IMG/VR virus record: IMGVR_UViG_3300021400_000262
Span: 46,035-110,034 of that record
Strand: one strand, 5' to 3'
Length of the DNA: 64,000 nucleotides
From: a virus
Taxonomy: Duplodnaviria > Caudoviricetes
The notes beneath the pieces are model-generated. The model saw only the letters and a program-made list of their open reading frames with translations, did not search any database and had not been told where the DNA came from. Positions 39,163 through 50,234 of the stretch are shown here, piece by piece (the first letter of the stretch is position 1; each line of letters starts with the position of its first letter). Position numbers and translations under genes: made by a program.

Positions 39163-42100
39163 TTGAGTACACAAAGTGAATTCAAGTTTAGACCTATTAG
39201 AGGTAAAGAAGCTGATTTACTTGAGATGAATGCTCCAGAAGGTTCTGTATTATTTGCATCAGATACTGGTAAAATGTATATGATCGCAAATGGTTATAGA
39301 ATAGCTTTAGGTGGAGATGGCGGCGGCGCCGCTTTACTCTATGGAGAAGCTGAACAAAAAGAAATCAGTGATTAGGGTTTCTATGAACTGTTATTAAGTG
39401 AACTCGAAGATTCTACTGTGCTTCCCGCAAAAGGTGATTTAATTTTGAATAGTGATGGAGCCTTTTATAAAGTAGCTTCATATGATCCAGAATCTCAAAT
39501 CATTTATTGTAAGCTTTTAACCGTTAGTGGAACTGGCGGCGGTGGAGGCGGCGGTCAAACATCTTTAGCTAAGAAGATTGCTGTTGATGTTTCTAATGAG
39601 TCTGGTATTTCAACACTTATTAATGGTCAAGATGCTTTTGCTGCGATTACAGTTACTTCTGGTACTGATTATAATGGAACATTACTTGATCGTGGTGCCA
39701 CAATGTGGGTTGATTTAACTCTTCAAATTCAGAATGAAGATAAAAGTTATACCACTTATTATACATGGACTAAATATGACGTCGCTGATGGCGATACTTT
39801 TAGATTTAACTTTGGACAATATGCTAGACAATCTGCAACTTCTCGTTTAATGGTTGTTGCTCATGGTAACAACTCTGGTGATAGTTTGTCTTAGTATCTT
39901 GGACCTTTTACTATGAGTGATTTAACTCTTAACTTAACAGAGAATTTTAAAGCAAGTATCGGTACTGTATTTAGAAATACTGATATTACTCTTGCTTGTA
40001 ATGCCGCTGGTAAGATGGATAGAATTGTTGATTTCTATTGGGATGGAGATTTAATTGATTCAACTCAATTAAGTGCAACAAATACTACTGGTGCTAATGT
40101 TACTTGTCAAGTACATAGAAAAGTAGAAGATATTACTCATGGAAATCATACTGTAAGAATTGAATTACATCAATATATTCTTGGAGAAAGAAAGCTTGGA
40201 CCGGCTCCAATAGAGTTCGAAATTGGTGTTGCGGTCGTCGGTGAAGAGGATCCCGTTGTCTGGTTAGGAGATTATCAATCAGAGTATTTTAATTACGATG
40301 ATATTGAAATTCCTTACTATGTATATGATCCAAATCCAGAGAATTATACTGTAACAGTTAATTTATATAAAGATAATATTTTAAATGGTACTCGTATTTT
40401 TAATGATGTAAGTGGAACCATTGGTTCTTCTTATGAAATTGTTGACTTTGATGAAGATGAAGGAATCCAAAACCATTATAGTATTGGATGTAAGAAAACT
40501 ATTCGTGATGTTTACTTTACAATAGTTGATGACCCTGACAGAGATATGACACTTCAAGAGCTGCCAAGCCTCGTTTTGAGTTTCGACTCTAAAGGCCGCA
40601 GTAACGACGAGTCCGCAACCAATAGACAGAAATGGTCTTATGGAAATATTGTAGGTTCTTTTAATAATTTTAACTGGTATAATAACGGTTGGATTAAGAC
40701 TAATGAAGGTACTGCATTAAGAATTAGCAATGGTGCTTCTTTCTCTATTCCTGTTGGAGCAATGACTTTTGGTGGTTCTCAGCAAGGTCAGCAAGCTCAT
40801 ACTATTGAACTACAATTCAAAGTAAGAAATGTCCAGACTTATGAAAACTTAATTAGTAATATTACTCGTTATAAGGGTGATGAAGATTATTATGATGCTT
40901 TCTATGGACATACTGCTTTTATTCCAGATCCTGGAAATAGCTATAGTTCAATCTATACTTATTATAAAAAAGTAGATAATAATTATATAAAATTAAAAGA
41001 TATTGTTGATGCCGCTACATATAATGCAAATGAAGATGTTAAGTATGTCGGGACTGATGAAGGATATAAGACAGAATATACTAACTATGATGCATTCTTA
41101 CAACATTACGCTCCTTCTTTTGGAACTGATTATGATACTGTAACTAAAGATTATGATTATACTCAAAAGGTATTTAATCTTCATGCTTTAGTTTGTAGTT
41201 TCTATAGTGGTACTGATAAGATTCCTATTGGTATTGGTCTTGGTCCTCAAGATGCTTTCTTTACTAATGGAACAAATACAGTCAACGTATCTTATGTTGA
41301 AGATAAGATGGTTAATCTTGCTATTACCTATTCTAATACTGGATTAATGTCTATTTATTTAAATGGTGTTCTTACAGGAGTTGTTTATTCTACTCTTGAT
41401 GGAGCATTTAAGATTAATACCGACAATATTGTATTTAATTCAACTTATTGCGATATTGATTTATATAAATTAAGAGTTTACAATATTGACTTATCTATTA
41501 ATGAAGTTGTTACTAACTATGCGGTAGATTTAAAAGATGTTGTAATGTACGATCAAAACACTCTTGTTGATGCAAATGATAAGACTTTATTTGATTTTAA
41601 TCAGATGATTGAATATAATACAAATCATCCTTCTGATCCAATAATGCCTTATATTGTTTTTGAAACAACAAGAGATGGTAGTGAAGATAGACTTTCTTGG
41701 TCTAAGAAAACAACAGTTCCTATTAAAGTAGAATTTGTAAATACTGTTCTTGATAGAGCGTATAATTCTGGAGAACTTGAATTATTAGCTCAACAAGATG
41801 GCGTTACTGTTGAAGATTATTATCTCCATCATTGCCCATCTTGGACTGGTGAAGGAATTGAAATGAAGGTTCAAGGTACTTCTTCTGAATTCTATCCAAG
41901 ACGTAATTATAAATTAAAATGTAAAGGATTAATGAATGCTCATAAAGGACCTTTCTTAAGCGAAAGCAGAAAAATAGATTGGTTCTACATGAATAACTAT
42001 TCTGTTGGTACAACTAAATTCACAATGAAGATTGACTTTATGGAATCTTCTGGTTCTTATAATAGAGGACTTGGTAATTTAGTTCATAATGCTTATTCTC

Positions 42101-45100
42101 ATCATCCATTATGGTATTATAATTAGGCAGGGGCTTTAACAAAGCAGGCTTCTACTTATACAGAAGTTGCGGCAAATGCTGAATTTGATCCTAATGAAAA
42201 TTATTATTATATTAATCATAAAGGTAATTGGAAGATTGCTAAAAATGGAAATGATGGGCATGATGCAAAAGCTGATAATTCTGATGGATTAACAGTTGCT
42301 AATGTCGTAGATTTAAAAAGTGGTCCAGTTGCATTAGGAACTGCACAAAATATTACTAAAGTTTCTTCTGATACCGCTAATCAATATTATAATAAATTCT
42401 ATACAAGCGTAACAGCTTATGAAAATGTTAATGTTGAGAATGAATTTAATTTAAATGATTTAAGAACTTGTATTGCTGGATTCCCAGTATTAGCTTTCCA
42501 CAAGAAATCTGATGGTAGCTACACTTATATCGGTAGATATAATATGTTGCTTGATAAGGGTTCTGATGAAGCTTATGGATATAAGTTTGATTATTATTTA
42601 AAGTATTTAAAGAATAAGGCTGTTAAGAAAAAGGCTGAATGTTGGGAGTTTGAAAACAACTCTCGTGGATTCTGTTCTTTCAGAGATCCTAAGAATAGAA
42701 GAGTATTAAGTTTTAATACTGGAGATTTCTTAGATAGCGAAACATCTACAGCTCCTTCAGTTGTTGATGACTTTGAATACAGATACCATACCGCCGCTGA
42801 TTCTTTAGATACTATTAGTGGTGCTGACTCTACTAGAATGAATGCATTAACTGCAGATCAGATCGCACTTATTAAGGACGAAACTGGAGTAGAAGTTACT
42901 AATATTGAAAAAGGTCAAGATTTAATTTTTGATTTATATGGTAACTGGGAAAAAGCCGTTGCTTGGGTTTGGTCTACTGCTTTAGATGTAAGTTTTAATG
43001 ATGGTACTTCTGTTTTAAAAGAAGCTGATATTGAATTATTAGAGCCAGAAGAAAAAGCTAAATATTTATTAAGAAGATATGAAAAAGTTGCATCTGGTAC
43101 TGAGTATGATGCTAATGAAACATACTATGTTTATAGTCGTCATTTATATCAGCCTTATACTTTTGTTGATGCCGAAACTTTTGCTACAGATATTGCTGAT
43201 GGTAAATTATATACTTATAATGTGTTTACTAAACAATTTGCTGAGGGTGAAAAAACTTATGAGTATGATTCTTATGAATATAGATTTGATAAATTTAAAT
43301 ATGAAGTAACTGATCACTTTAATTTAGATTATTTATTAACCTATTTTGTTGTTACTGAAACTCTTGAATGCTATGACTCTCGTGGTAAGAATGCAATGTT
43401 CGCATCTTGGGGTCCAATGACCGAAGGTGGAGAATATATTTGGTTCCCAACCTTCTACGATATGGATACACAGTTAGGTATTAATAATACTGGTATTCCA
43501 TCTTTTGAATTCTCTGTTGACGCAACAAAAGAAGGTTCTTTCTCTACTAATGATAGCGTTTTATGGAATAATATTTATACGGTCTTCCGCAATCAGATAG
43601 TCCAAAAATATAAGCAGTTAAAGGGTGAAACTGAAGGTTTAGGAACTTTTGAACCATTAAGTTATGCTCCTTTTGCTAGCGTTACTCGTATTGAAGGTTG
43701 GTATGAAAGCGATCCAACTATTTGCGGACAGATTGTTATGAGAGGCCAGAGACCTTTAAGTGCTATCAACTTGGATGAGTATTTTAAATATATTGCTATT
43801 ACAACTAAAGCCGGTGGTGGTTATTAGAACCGTGATGGTGGTATTAGCTATGATAATAGTGATATTCAAAATGGTAATGGTTCTCCTACTGGTGCATATT
43901 TCTATGCATTACAAGGAGATAGATCTCTTTCTAGACAGCAGTTTTTAGCAAACCGTATTAACTACCTTGATTCTTGGTTAACCGTTGGCAACTACGCTAG
44001 AGGTGGACAAAATGCATTCTGGGGACGTATTTCCGCAAATGATATGTATGAAGATGGAGGCGTAATTAAGACAAATAACTTAAAATCTGATGTTTGGGTT
44101 GAAGATGCTTCTATTGGAACTGATTCTCCATTCTATAGCGAATATTACGATGGACTTGGTAATAAGAAGAATGAATTTGATGCAGAATACTGGATTACAG
44201 TAACTCCTTCAAGAAGAGCTTATGTTACTCTTGGAGATGATGCTGAAAACTATCCTTCTGTTCAATTCTTAAATAATCCTGTTAAATATAATATTACTAA
44301 ACTTGAGAATGGTATTAGAACAAGTTTGAACTATAAAGAGCAATTATTCTATGTCTATGGCGTTGAAACAATGAAAAGCTTAGGTAATTTACATAATTTG
44401 TATTTTACTGAATTACACTTCTAGACCAATGCTAATAAACTAACTGACTTTATTGTTGGTTGGGATGGATTAGATACTAATAATTAGAAATGGTTCAACT
44501 ATCAAACAAACAGATATGAATTATCTGTAATGCCATTATTACAAGAGGCTAACTTTAGTAATATTCAATATAAGACTGGTGTTGATACTGTTCTTGATTT
44601 AACTGCGAGTGAAAAACTTCAAAACTTCCGTGCTACAGGTTCTAACTTTACTCAGATCAAATTTGCTGAAGGTGTTGCATTAAATACATTGTATTTACCA
44701 TCAACAATTACTGAGTTGAATTTAACTGAAGCTCGTCAGTTAACGAATATTATTACTAATTATCAAACTCCTACTAAGAATTCTACTACTGGAAAATTAG
44801 TGGCTGCTCCTGGATTGTATATTGAGAAATTTACTGATTATCTTGGAAGAATTGGTACAAGTAATTACTTAACTGATTGCCAGAATATCGTTACTAATTT
44901 ACAAAAGATTTCTATTTTAAATGCTTATAATTTGGGATATGATTCTTATAAGTTAGTAAATGGTTTCTATCAAAAGACAAAGAGCAATACTGCTAATACA
45001 TTTAGAATTGCTCTTACAGATGTTTTATGGTCACCATATAAACTGGTTGATGAAGGAACTGTTTATGATCCAGAAGTAGAGTATTATTTAGATAACTATC

Positions 45101-46881
45101 ATTATGGATTAACCAGATATAATTACAATCCTGCTACAGACTTTGAAACTGAAAATGGTATTAGAGTTAATGAAGGTAATGAATGGAATAGCCATATTAA
45201 GAATGGTGAGTTATATTATTATGATACTACTGAAGCTACTAACAAGACAATGATTAAAGATTTAGAGATGCTTTTAGCATTTATGAATTCTAATAACTAT
45301 GTTGGTACTGCTGAAAATAGTGGTATTCCTAATATTACTGGTTTAATTTATATTGATAATGATACTGCGGAAGGATTAAAAACTTTAGATGGCGAGACTG
45401 TAATTGATGAATATTATGTTCGTAATGTATTGCAGCCACAATATCCTGGTTTGAAATTCTTCTTTGCTAATTTAACAAATAATTATACTGCAAGATTTGT
45501 ATTATTAGATGAGGATAATGATAAACTTTATACTTTAATTGGTACTTAGACTGTTAGAGAAGGAAGATTTACTAATCCTATTACTGCTTATGGAGATATT
45601 TCTGATACTAAAGATGAATATGATTTCTATGGTTGGTCTAGTGATGCAGAAGGCAATACTATTCTTGTAAATGTTGATACTGGCGATACAGCTATTGATA
45701 TTTGGAATACAAGTAATGCTACTCTTGCGGTTAGTGGTACTTCTACCTACACATTCTATGCTATTTTCTCTGTACATAAGTATATTATGACATTTGTTGA
45801 TGGTAATGGCAATAGTGTTACTAAAGCAATAGTTTCTGGTGAAAGATTAACTGCTCCAGACAATTATTTACCACCAAAAGATGATAGTGAATTAGGCAAG
45901 AATGAAGCTGGAGAAGAACAAACTTATAGATTTATTGGATGGTCTTTATCAGAAACTGGTACTGTTATTAATTTAGCTAATTATAAAGCTGATAAAGATA
46001 GAAGATTATATGCTCAATATGAAGAAATTAGCGTATATGAAAATCCAATTAGCATGGAATATTTTAATGTAAGATAGGTCAACTATAATCAACAGTATAA
46101 TCCACAAGATCCAGATGCTAGTTACTATATTACTGGTTATGAAATTACTCCTAAGATGAGAGGAATTTTATCTGGCAAGATTACTATTCCTAACGAAATT
46201 ACTGTTAATGGAACCACATTACCAGTTATCTTATTAGGTACTAGTAGCTCTGAAGCTGGTCAATGGCAAGGAGCAACAAAGATATTCTTTGAGAATCCTA
46301 AGACACATCAGTTAAGAGGTATTATAGATAGTGCTTTCAGTGGCTCTACTACATTACAATATTTTGAAATTCCTTCTAATTTAAGATATATTGGCGCTAG
46401 TGCTTTTTAGAGCATAAGAACTTTAGCAATTCCTGAATTTACTAAAGCTCCAATTTATAGGATTGGAGATTATGCTTTCAACGGTTCTTTAACATCTGAT
46501 ACTTTAGATTTAAATAATCGTGAAGAATTAAATATTAGCCTTGGTGGTGATGTAATTTACCTTGGTTAGGGTAGCTTCAGTAATGCTTATGGTGGAGGTT
46601 ATTTCAGAGCATATGGTACATTTACCATTGGTTCTAATGATAATCCATCTAAGTTAACAGCTCCAGTCAATCTCCCAATTAGCCGTAATAACGGTGATTA
46701 TTCTCAGATTCATACTTTGACTATTTATTGCGGCGACCGCATTACCGAGTTCAGTAATAATAATGTTCTTTGGGCTGCTCAGGAAGCTGGTGGCTCAGCC
46801 GTATGGTTCTACTTGAGAAGTGGAGATACTAACTATACTGCGAAGGTTAATTTAATTGATGCTAGTGGCACTACACATTAA
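39163..46881 (+). CDS. Giant multidomain virion protein (2572 aa): LamG/ConA-like, CotH-kinase-like, LRR, InlB-B-like repeats, BspA-like LRR
   Basis: AAGGAG RBS with TTG start. Eight track fragments lie in one frame; TAA at 46879-46881. Motifs: MSIYLNGVLTG..DLYKLRVYN (LamG); VQGTSS..YPRRNYK, DSRGKN and FYDMDTQLG (CotH-like); YDFYGWS and YRFIGWS (B-repeat-like); IPSNLRYIGASAF (BspA-like). Confidence 0.8.
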
Positions 46882-46892
46882 GGAGGGGTAAG

Positions 46893-47096
46893 ATGACAAA
46901 AAATGTATTCTACATTTATGCCGGAGAGAATGGATTTATGCAATCTCCGATTAAAATCCCCGGTGCAACAAATGTAATTGAAAAAGTTCGCTTGATTGCT
47001 GGCGAAAACATGATTTTAACCGATGGCATTGAAAGAAAAGCTGTCGTTGTAACTACTAAAGAAGATGTAAAAAATTGGACTGAAGTTGAGGCTTAA
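46893..47096 (+). CDS. Small hypothetical protein (67 aa), possible fibre chaperone
   Basis: AAGGAGG RBS, TAA stop, directly after the giant gene. Confidence 0.75.
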   Translation: MTKNVFYIYAGENGFMQSPIKIPGATNVIEKVRLIAGENMILTDGIERKAVVVTTKEDVKNWTEVEA

Positions 47097-47162
47097 TTGG
47101 CCAATCTTAGTTATTTTACCTTATAACTTCTTTAGATATATTTAGAAAAAGAAAATGTTAGT

Positions 47163-47204
47163 TTGCGGAAGCCGGTTCTGCGATCGCAGGACCGGTCGCC
47201 GCAA
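47163..47204 (+). promoter_or_regulatory. GC-rich hairpin in the 5' leader of gene 47244
   Basis: TTGCGG-AA-GCCGGTTCTGCGATCGCAGGACCGGT-CG-CCGCAA forms a near-perfect long stem in an otherwise AT-rich spacer. Confidence 0.6.
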
Positions 47205-47243
47205 GTTTCTTTTAAATATTGAAGAAAGGATTGGGAATAAATA

Positions 47244-49328
47244 GTGATTACATATGTAAATAGTTCTAATTCTACCAAGTATTCCGTTTTATTTGCCGAT
47301 GCTGAACAAGCTTTAATTGCCGCTGATATCGCCGCACAGGCAGATGGGCAAGAAAAAGGCAGTATAATGCCATACGAGGAAGAAAATGGCGCTCCCAAGA
47401 GAGACGAAGCGGGATTATATATTCCAATTGAACCTATTACCACTATTGAAAGATATTTCGCTAAATTGCCAGAATTAGTCCAATTAGGTGGAGCTGATTC
47501 AGACGATGAGTATGAAGTTCTTCACTCTTCTGGACGTAGATATACAATGCTTCCAATTGATGAAGATGTTTTCGATATTAATGCTAATACAAGAATTATA
47601 AGTGTTCCTACTTCTTTTGTCAGAAATGGTATTGCTGTTAAAGGTGATGAACTTTCTGAGGTTCTTTATTTCAGAATTGATCGTTTCTTTGATGCAATGG
47701 ATTTAGATACAGCTAATATTTATATTCAATGGACTCGTCCAGATGGACAAAGTGGTGTTTCTAAGCCATGGGTTATTGATATTGAAAGTGAGCCAAATAA
47801 AATAATTTTTGGTTGGGCTATATCTTCTTCTATTGCCAAGATGACTGGTACACTTAGATTTGCAGTTCGTTTCTACAAGTGGGCTGATGATCAGCATGAA
47901 ACTTTAAATTATAGCTGGGCTACTCAAGCACAGACAGTTTCTATTAAGGATACTCTTGATTTTGCATTAAATGAAGAAAACTTCTTAAAAGAGCTTACAA
48001 CTGATAGCGCCATTGTAAATCGTATTACTGGTAGCAAGACTCATATTACTGATAATGAGGATGCAGCTGCTCCAGAATATGTATTTAATTTAAGAGATAA
48101 TTTAGTAAATGATCTTCCTGTTGGAAAGCAAGAAGATGGATTTGTTTATATTGATCTTGTTGCAGATCCTGTTACTGGAAAAGAGACTTATACTTTCAAA
48201 GTACAAGCTAAATCAACCGATGGTGGTATTGTTTCTTATACTTGGAAAGAAAAAGACCATTCTCAACCTCTTGGTTCTGATTATGATCAAGGTGCTGATG
48301 GTACTAAATCTATTACAAGATTAGGTTTTGAATTAACTGCTGATATAGAAGTTAAAGATAAGATTTATTATATTAAGACTGGAGAAGGTAATCAAGCTGT
48401 TTATACTGCTTTTGATACTGATGGTCTTGAACCAGAAGAAACTCCAGCAAGCAAGGGATTATATGAGAAATTTGCTTATTGCACAGTAAGCCAAATTGGT
48501 ACTTATAAAGCTGTAGCTAGCAACCGTAAAGTTGGTTCTAATGCTACTACTTTGAATTCTGATACTTGTATCGTTCCTATGCCTGTTGATCCAACAATCA
48601 CAACTCAGATTCCTGCAGCAGAAATTATTCCAGAAGTTGACTCTGAAAAGAATCCAATTACTGATGGAACGGTTACTCTTACTGTTGTTGCAACTAATAC
48701 TGAGACTAATGGTTCTAAGGATGGTGTCTTAACATATTCTTGGTTCTATAAACAAAAGGATACTGATGGTTGGGTTCAGTTAAAAGGAAAGACTGAGAGT
48801 TCTCTTGAGATTGTTAATAATGTTCACTTTACTGGTATTACTACAGTAGAAGGCGAAAATGGCGAAACTATTGATGCTGAAACTGGTGAACCATTAACTT
48901 CTGAGGCTGAAATTCCTCAGCTTGAAGGATTCTACAAAGTTAGAATTAATAACCATAAAAATATGCAAGATACTGTTGTTGATAGTATTCCTTGCCGTGT
49001 ATCATTTACTGCGGAAGCTCCTGTTATTACCTTCCCGACAGATGGTAGTGCAGACTCTGCAAGAATTAAGAATGTTGGCGAGACTCTCTATGTCCAGCTT
49101 TCTGAAAACTGGTATAATAATTGGAATATCTCTGATGATATTCTCTTCCAGTGGTATAAAAGTGGAGACGTTGAGGGTGCTACTACGACAGAAGATAATG
49201 TTGCTGTTGAAGGAGCTACAAATCGTACCTTTGTACCAACAGAGCATGGTGTTTACTTCTGTCATATAACTAATATTAAGAATGGAACTGAAGCTTCTAC
49301 TGATAGTGCTACATTCTCTGTGAACTAA
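47244..49328 (+). CDS. BppU-like baseplate upper protein with C-terminal Ig-like domains (694 aa)
   Basis: GTG start, no TAG. N-terminal YFRIDRFFDAMDL..IYIQW..IIFGWAIS...GTLRFAVRF (BppU-like). Repeated YxW...GxYxC Ig-like strands. Confidence 0.75.
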   Translation: MITYVNSSNSTKYSVLFADAEQALIAADIAAQADGQEKGSIMPYEEENGAPKRDEAGLYIPIEPITTIERYFAKLPELVQLGGADSDDEYEVLHSSGRRYTMLPIDEDVFDINANTRIISVPTSFVRNGIAVKGDELSEVLYFRIDRFFDAMDLDTANIYIQWTRPDGQSGVSKPWVIDIESEPNKIIFGWAISSSIAKMTGTLRFAVRFYKWADDQHETLNYSWATQAQTVSIKDTLDFALNEENFLKELTTDSAIVNRITGSKTHITDNEDAAAPEYVFNLRDNLVNDLPVGKQEDGFVYIDLVADPVTGKETYTFKVQAKSTDGGIVSYTWKEKDHSQPLGSDYDQGADGTKSITRLGFELTADIEVKDKIYYIKTGEGNQAVYTAFDTDGLEPEETPASKGLYEKFAYCTVSQIGTYKAVASNRKVGSNATTLNSDTCIVPMPVDPTITTQIPAAEIIPEVDSEKNPITDGTVTLTVVATNTETNGSKDGVLTYSWFYKQKDTDGWVQLKGKTESSLEIVNNVHFTGITTVEGENGETIDAETGEPLTSEAEIPQLEGFYKVRINNHKNMQDTVVDSIPCRVSFTAEAPVITFPTDGSADSARIKNVGETLYVQLSENWYNNWNISDDILFQWYKSGDVEGATTTEDNVAVEGATNRTFVPTEHGVYFCHITNIKNGTEASTDSATFSVN

Positions 49329-49349
49329 TAAGAATAAAGGAGATAAAAC

Positions 49350-50090
49350 ATGATTTCAACAGCTGAAGAATATTTTGCCAATCTGTTTAAGATAAAAGGT
49401 TCTTATAATATTCCCAGCCTAGCAGTTTTACTTCCAAGATCTGAAAATATTTATAATATAGATCTTAATTCTCGTACAGTTGAAGCGCCAGAATTTTTAA
49501 GCGTTCTTGATGACCATGCTTCTGAAACTATTTACTTTACAGTAGATAGATTTTTTGATAACATGGATATGTCAACTACAGCTTGTGTGATTTAGTATGT
49601 AAATGCATTGGGTGAGGGACGAATTTATGTCGTCCCTTACTATGATATTGAAACTTATCATGCTACAGATCAAATGTTGATTCCTTGGTGCATAGAAGGG
49701 GAAGCTACTAAAGCTGCTGGCGATGTTACTTATTCAATAAGATTCTTTTAGGTTGACACAACTGGTAAATATATTACTTATATTTTAAATACCATTCCGG
49801 CTACAAGCAAGGTTTTAAATGGTATTAATGTTATGGATTTCGTATTGGTTGAAGATATGACTGAAGAAAAATATAATTCTGAAGTTGTTTATTATGTTCC
49901 AACATACGATTCAAAAGGTAATATTAATGGTTATATTCCTGCTACTGGAGAATACAATCCAACAGGATAGTATTATACTTTAGCAGATAAATATGATTAT
50001 GGTGCTCGTACATTAGATGATATTGTTGCGAGATTATAGGCGATTGAAAAAGATTTCTGTTTATATTGGGAAGAATAGCCTTCACATTAA
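49350..50090 (+). CDS. Second BppU-like protein (246 aa), paralogue of the 47244 N-terminus
   Basis: AAGGAG RBS. IDLNSRTV...SETIYFTVDRFFDNMDM...IPWCI...AGDVTYSIRF matches INANTRII...SEVLYFRIDRFFDAMDL of gene 47244. TAA at 50088-50090. Confidence 0.8.
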
Positions 50091-50099
50091 TAAAGATAT

Positions 50100-50139
50100 A
50101 TGGGGAAAGAAGTTTAATTACTTCTTTCCCCATTTTTTT
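50100..50139 (+). terminator. Rho-independent terminator
   Basis: Stem ATGGGGAAAGAAGT / ACTTCTTTCCCCAT followed by a T-tract. Confidence 0.85.
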
Positions 50140-50234
50140 GTTGGACAAAATACATTAGACTTTTTGAATGTTTTTTGATATATTATAGATTATAAAAATA
50201 AAAAATTTTGAAGAAAGGAGACAAAATACTTTTT

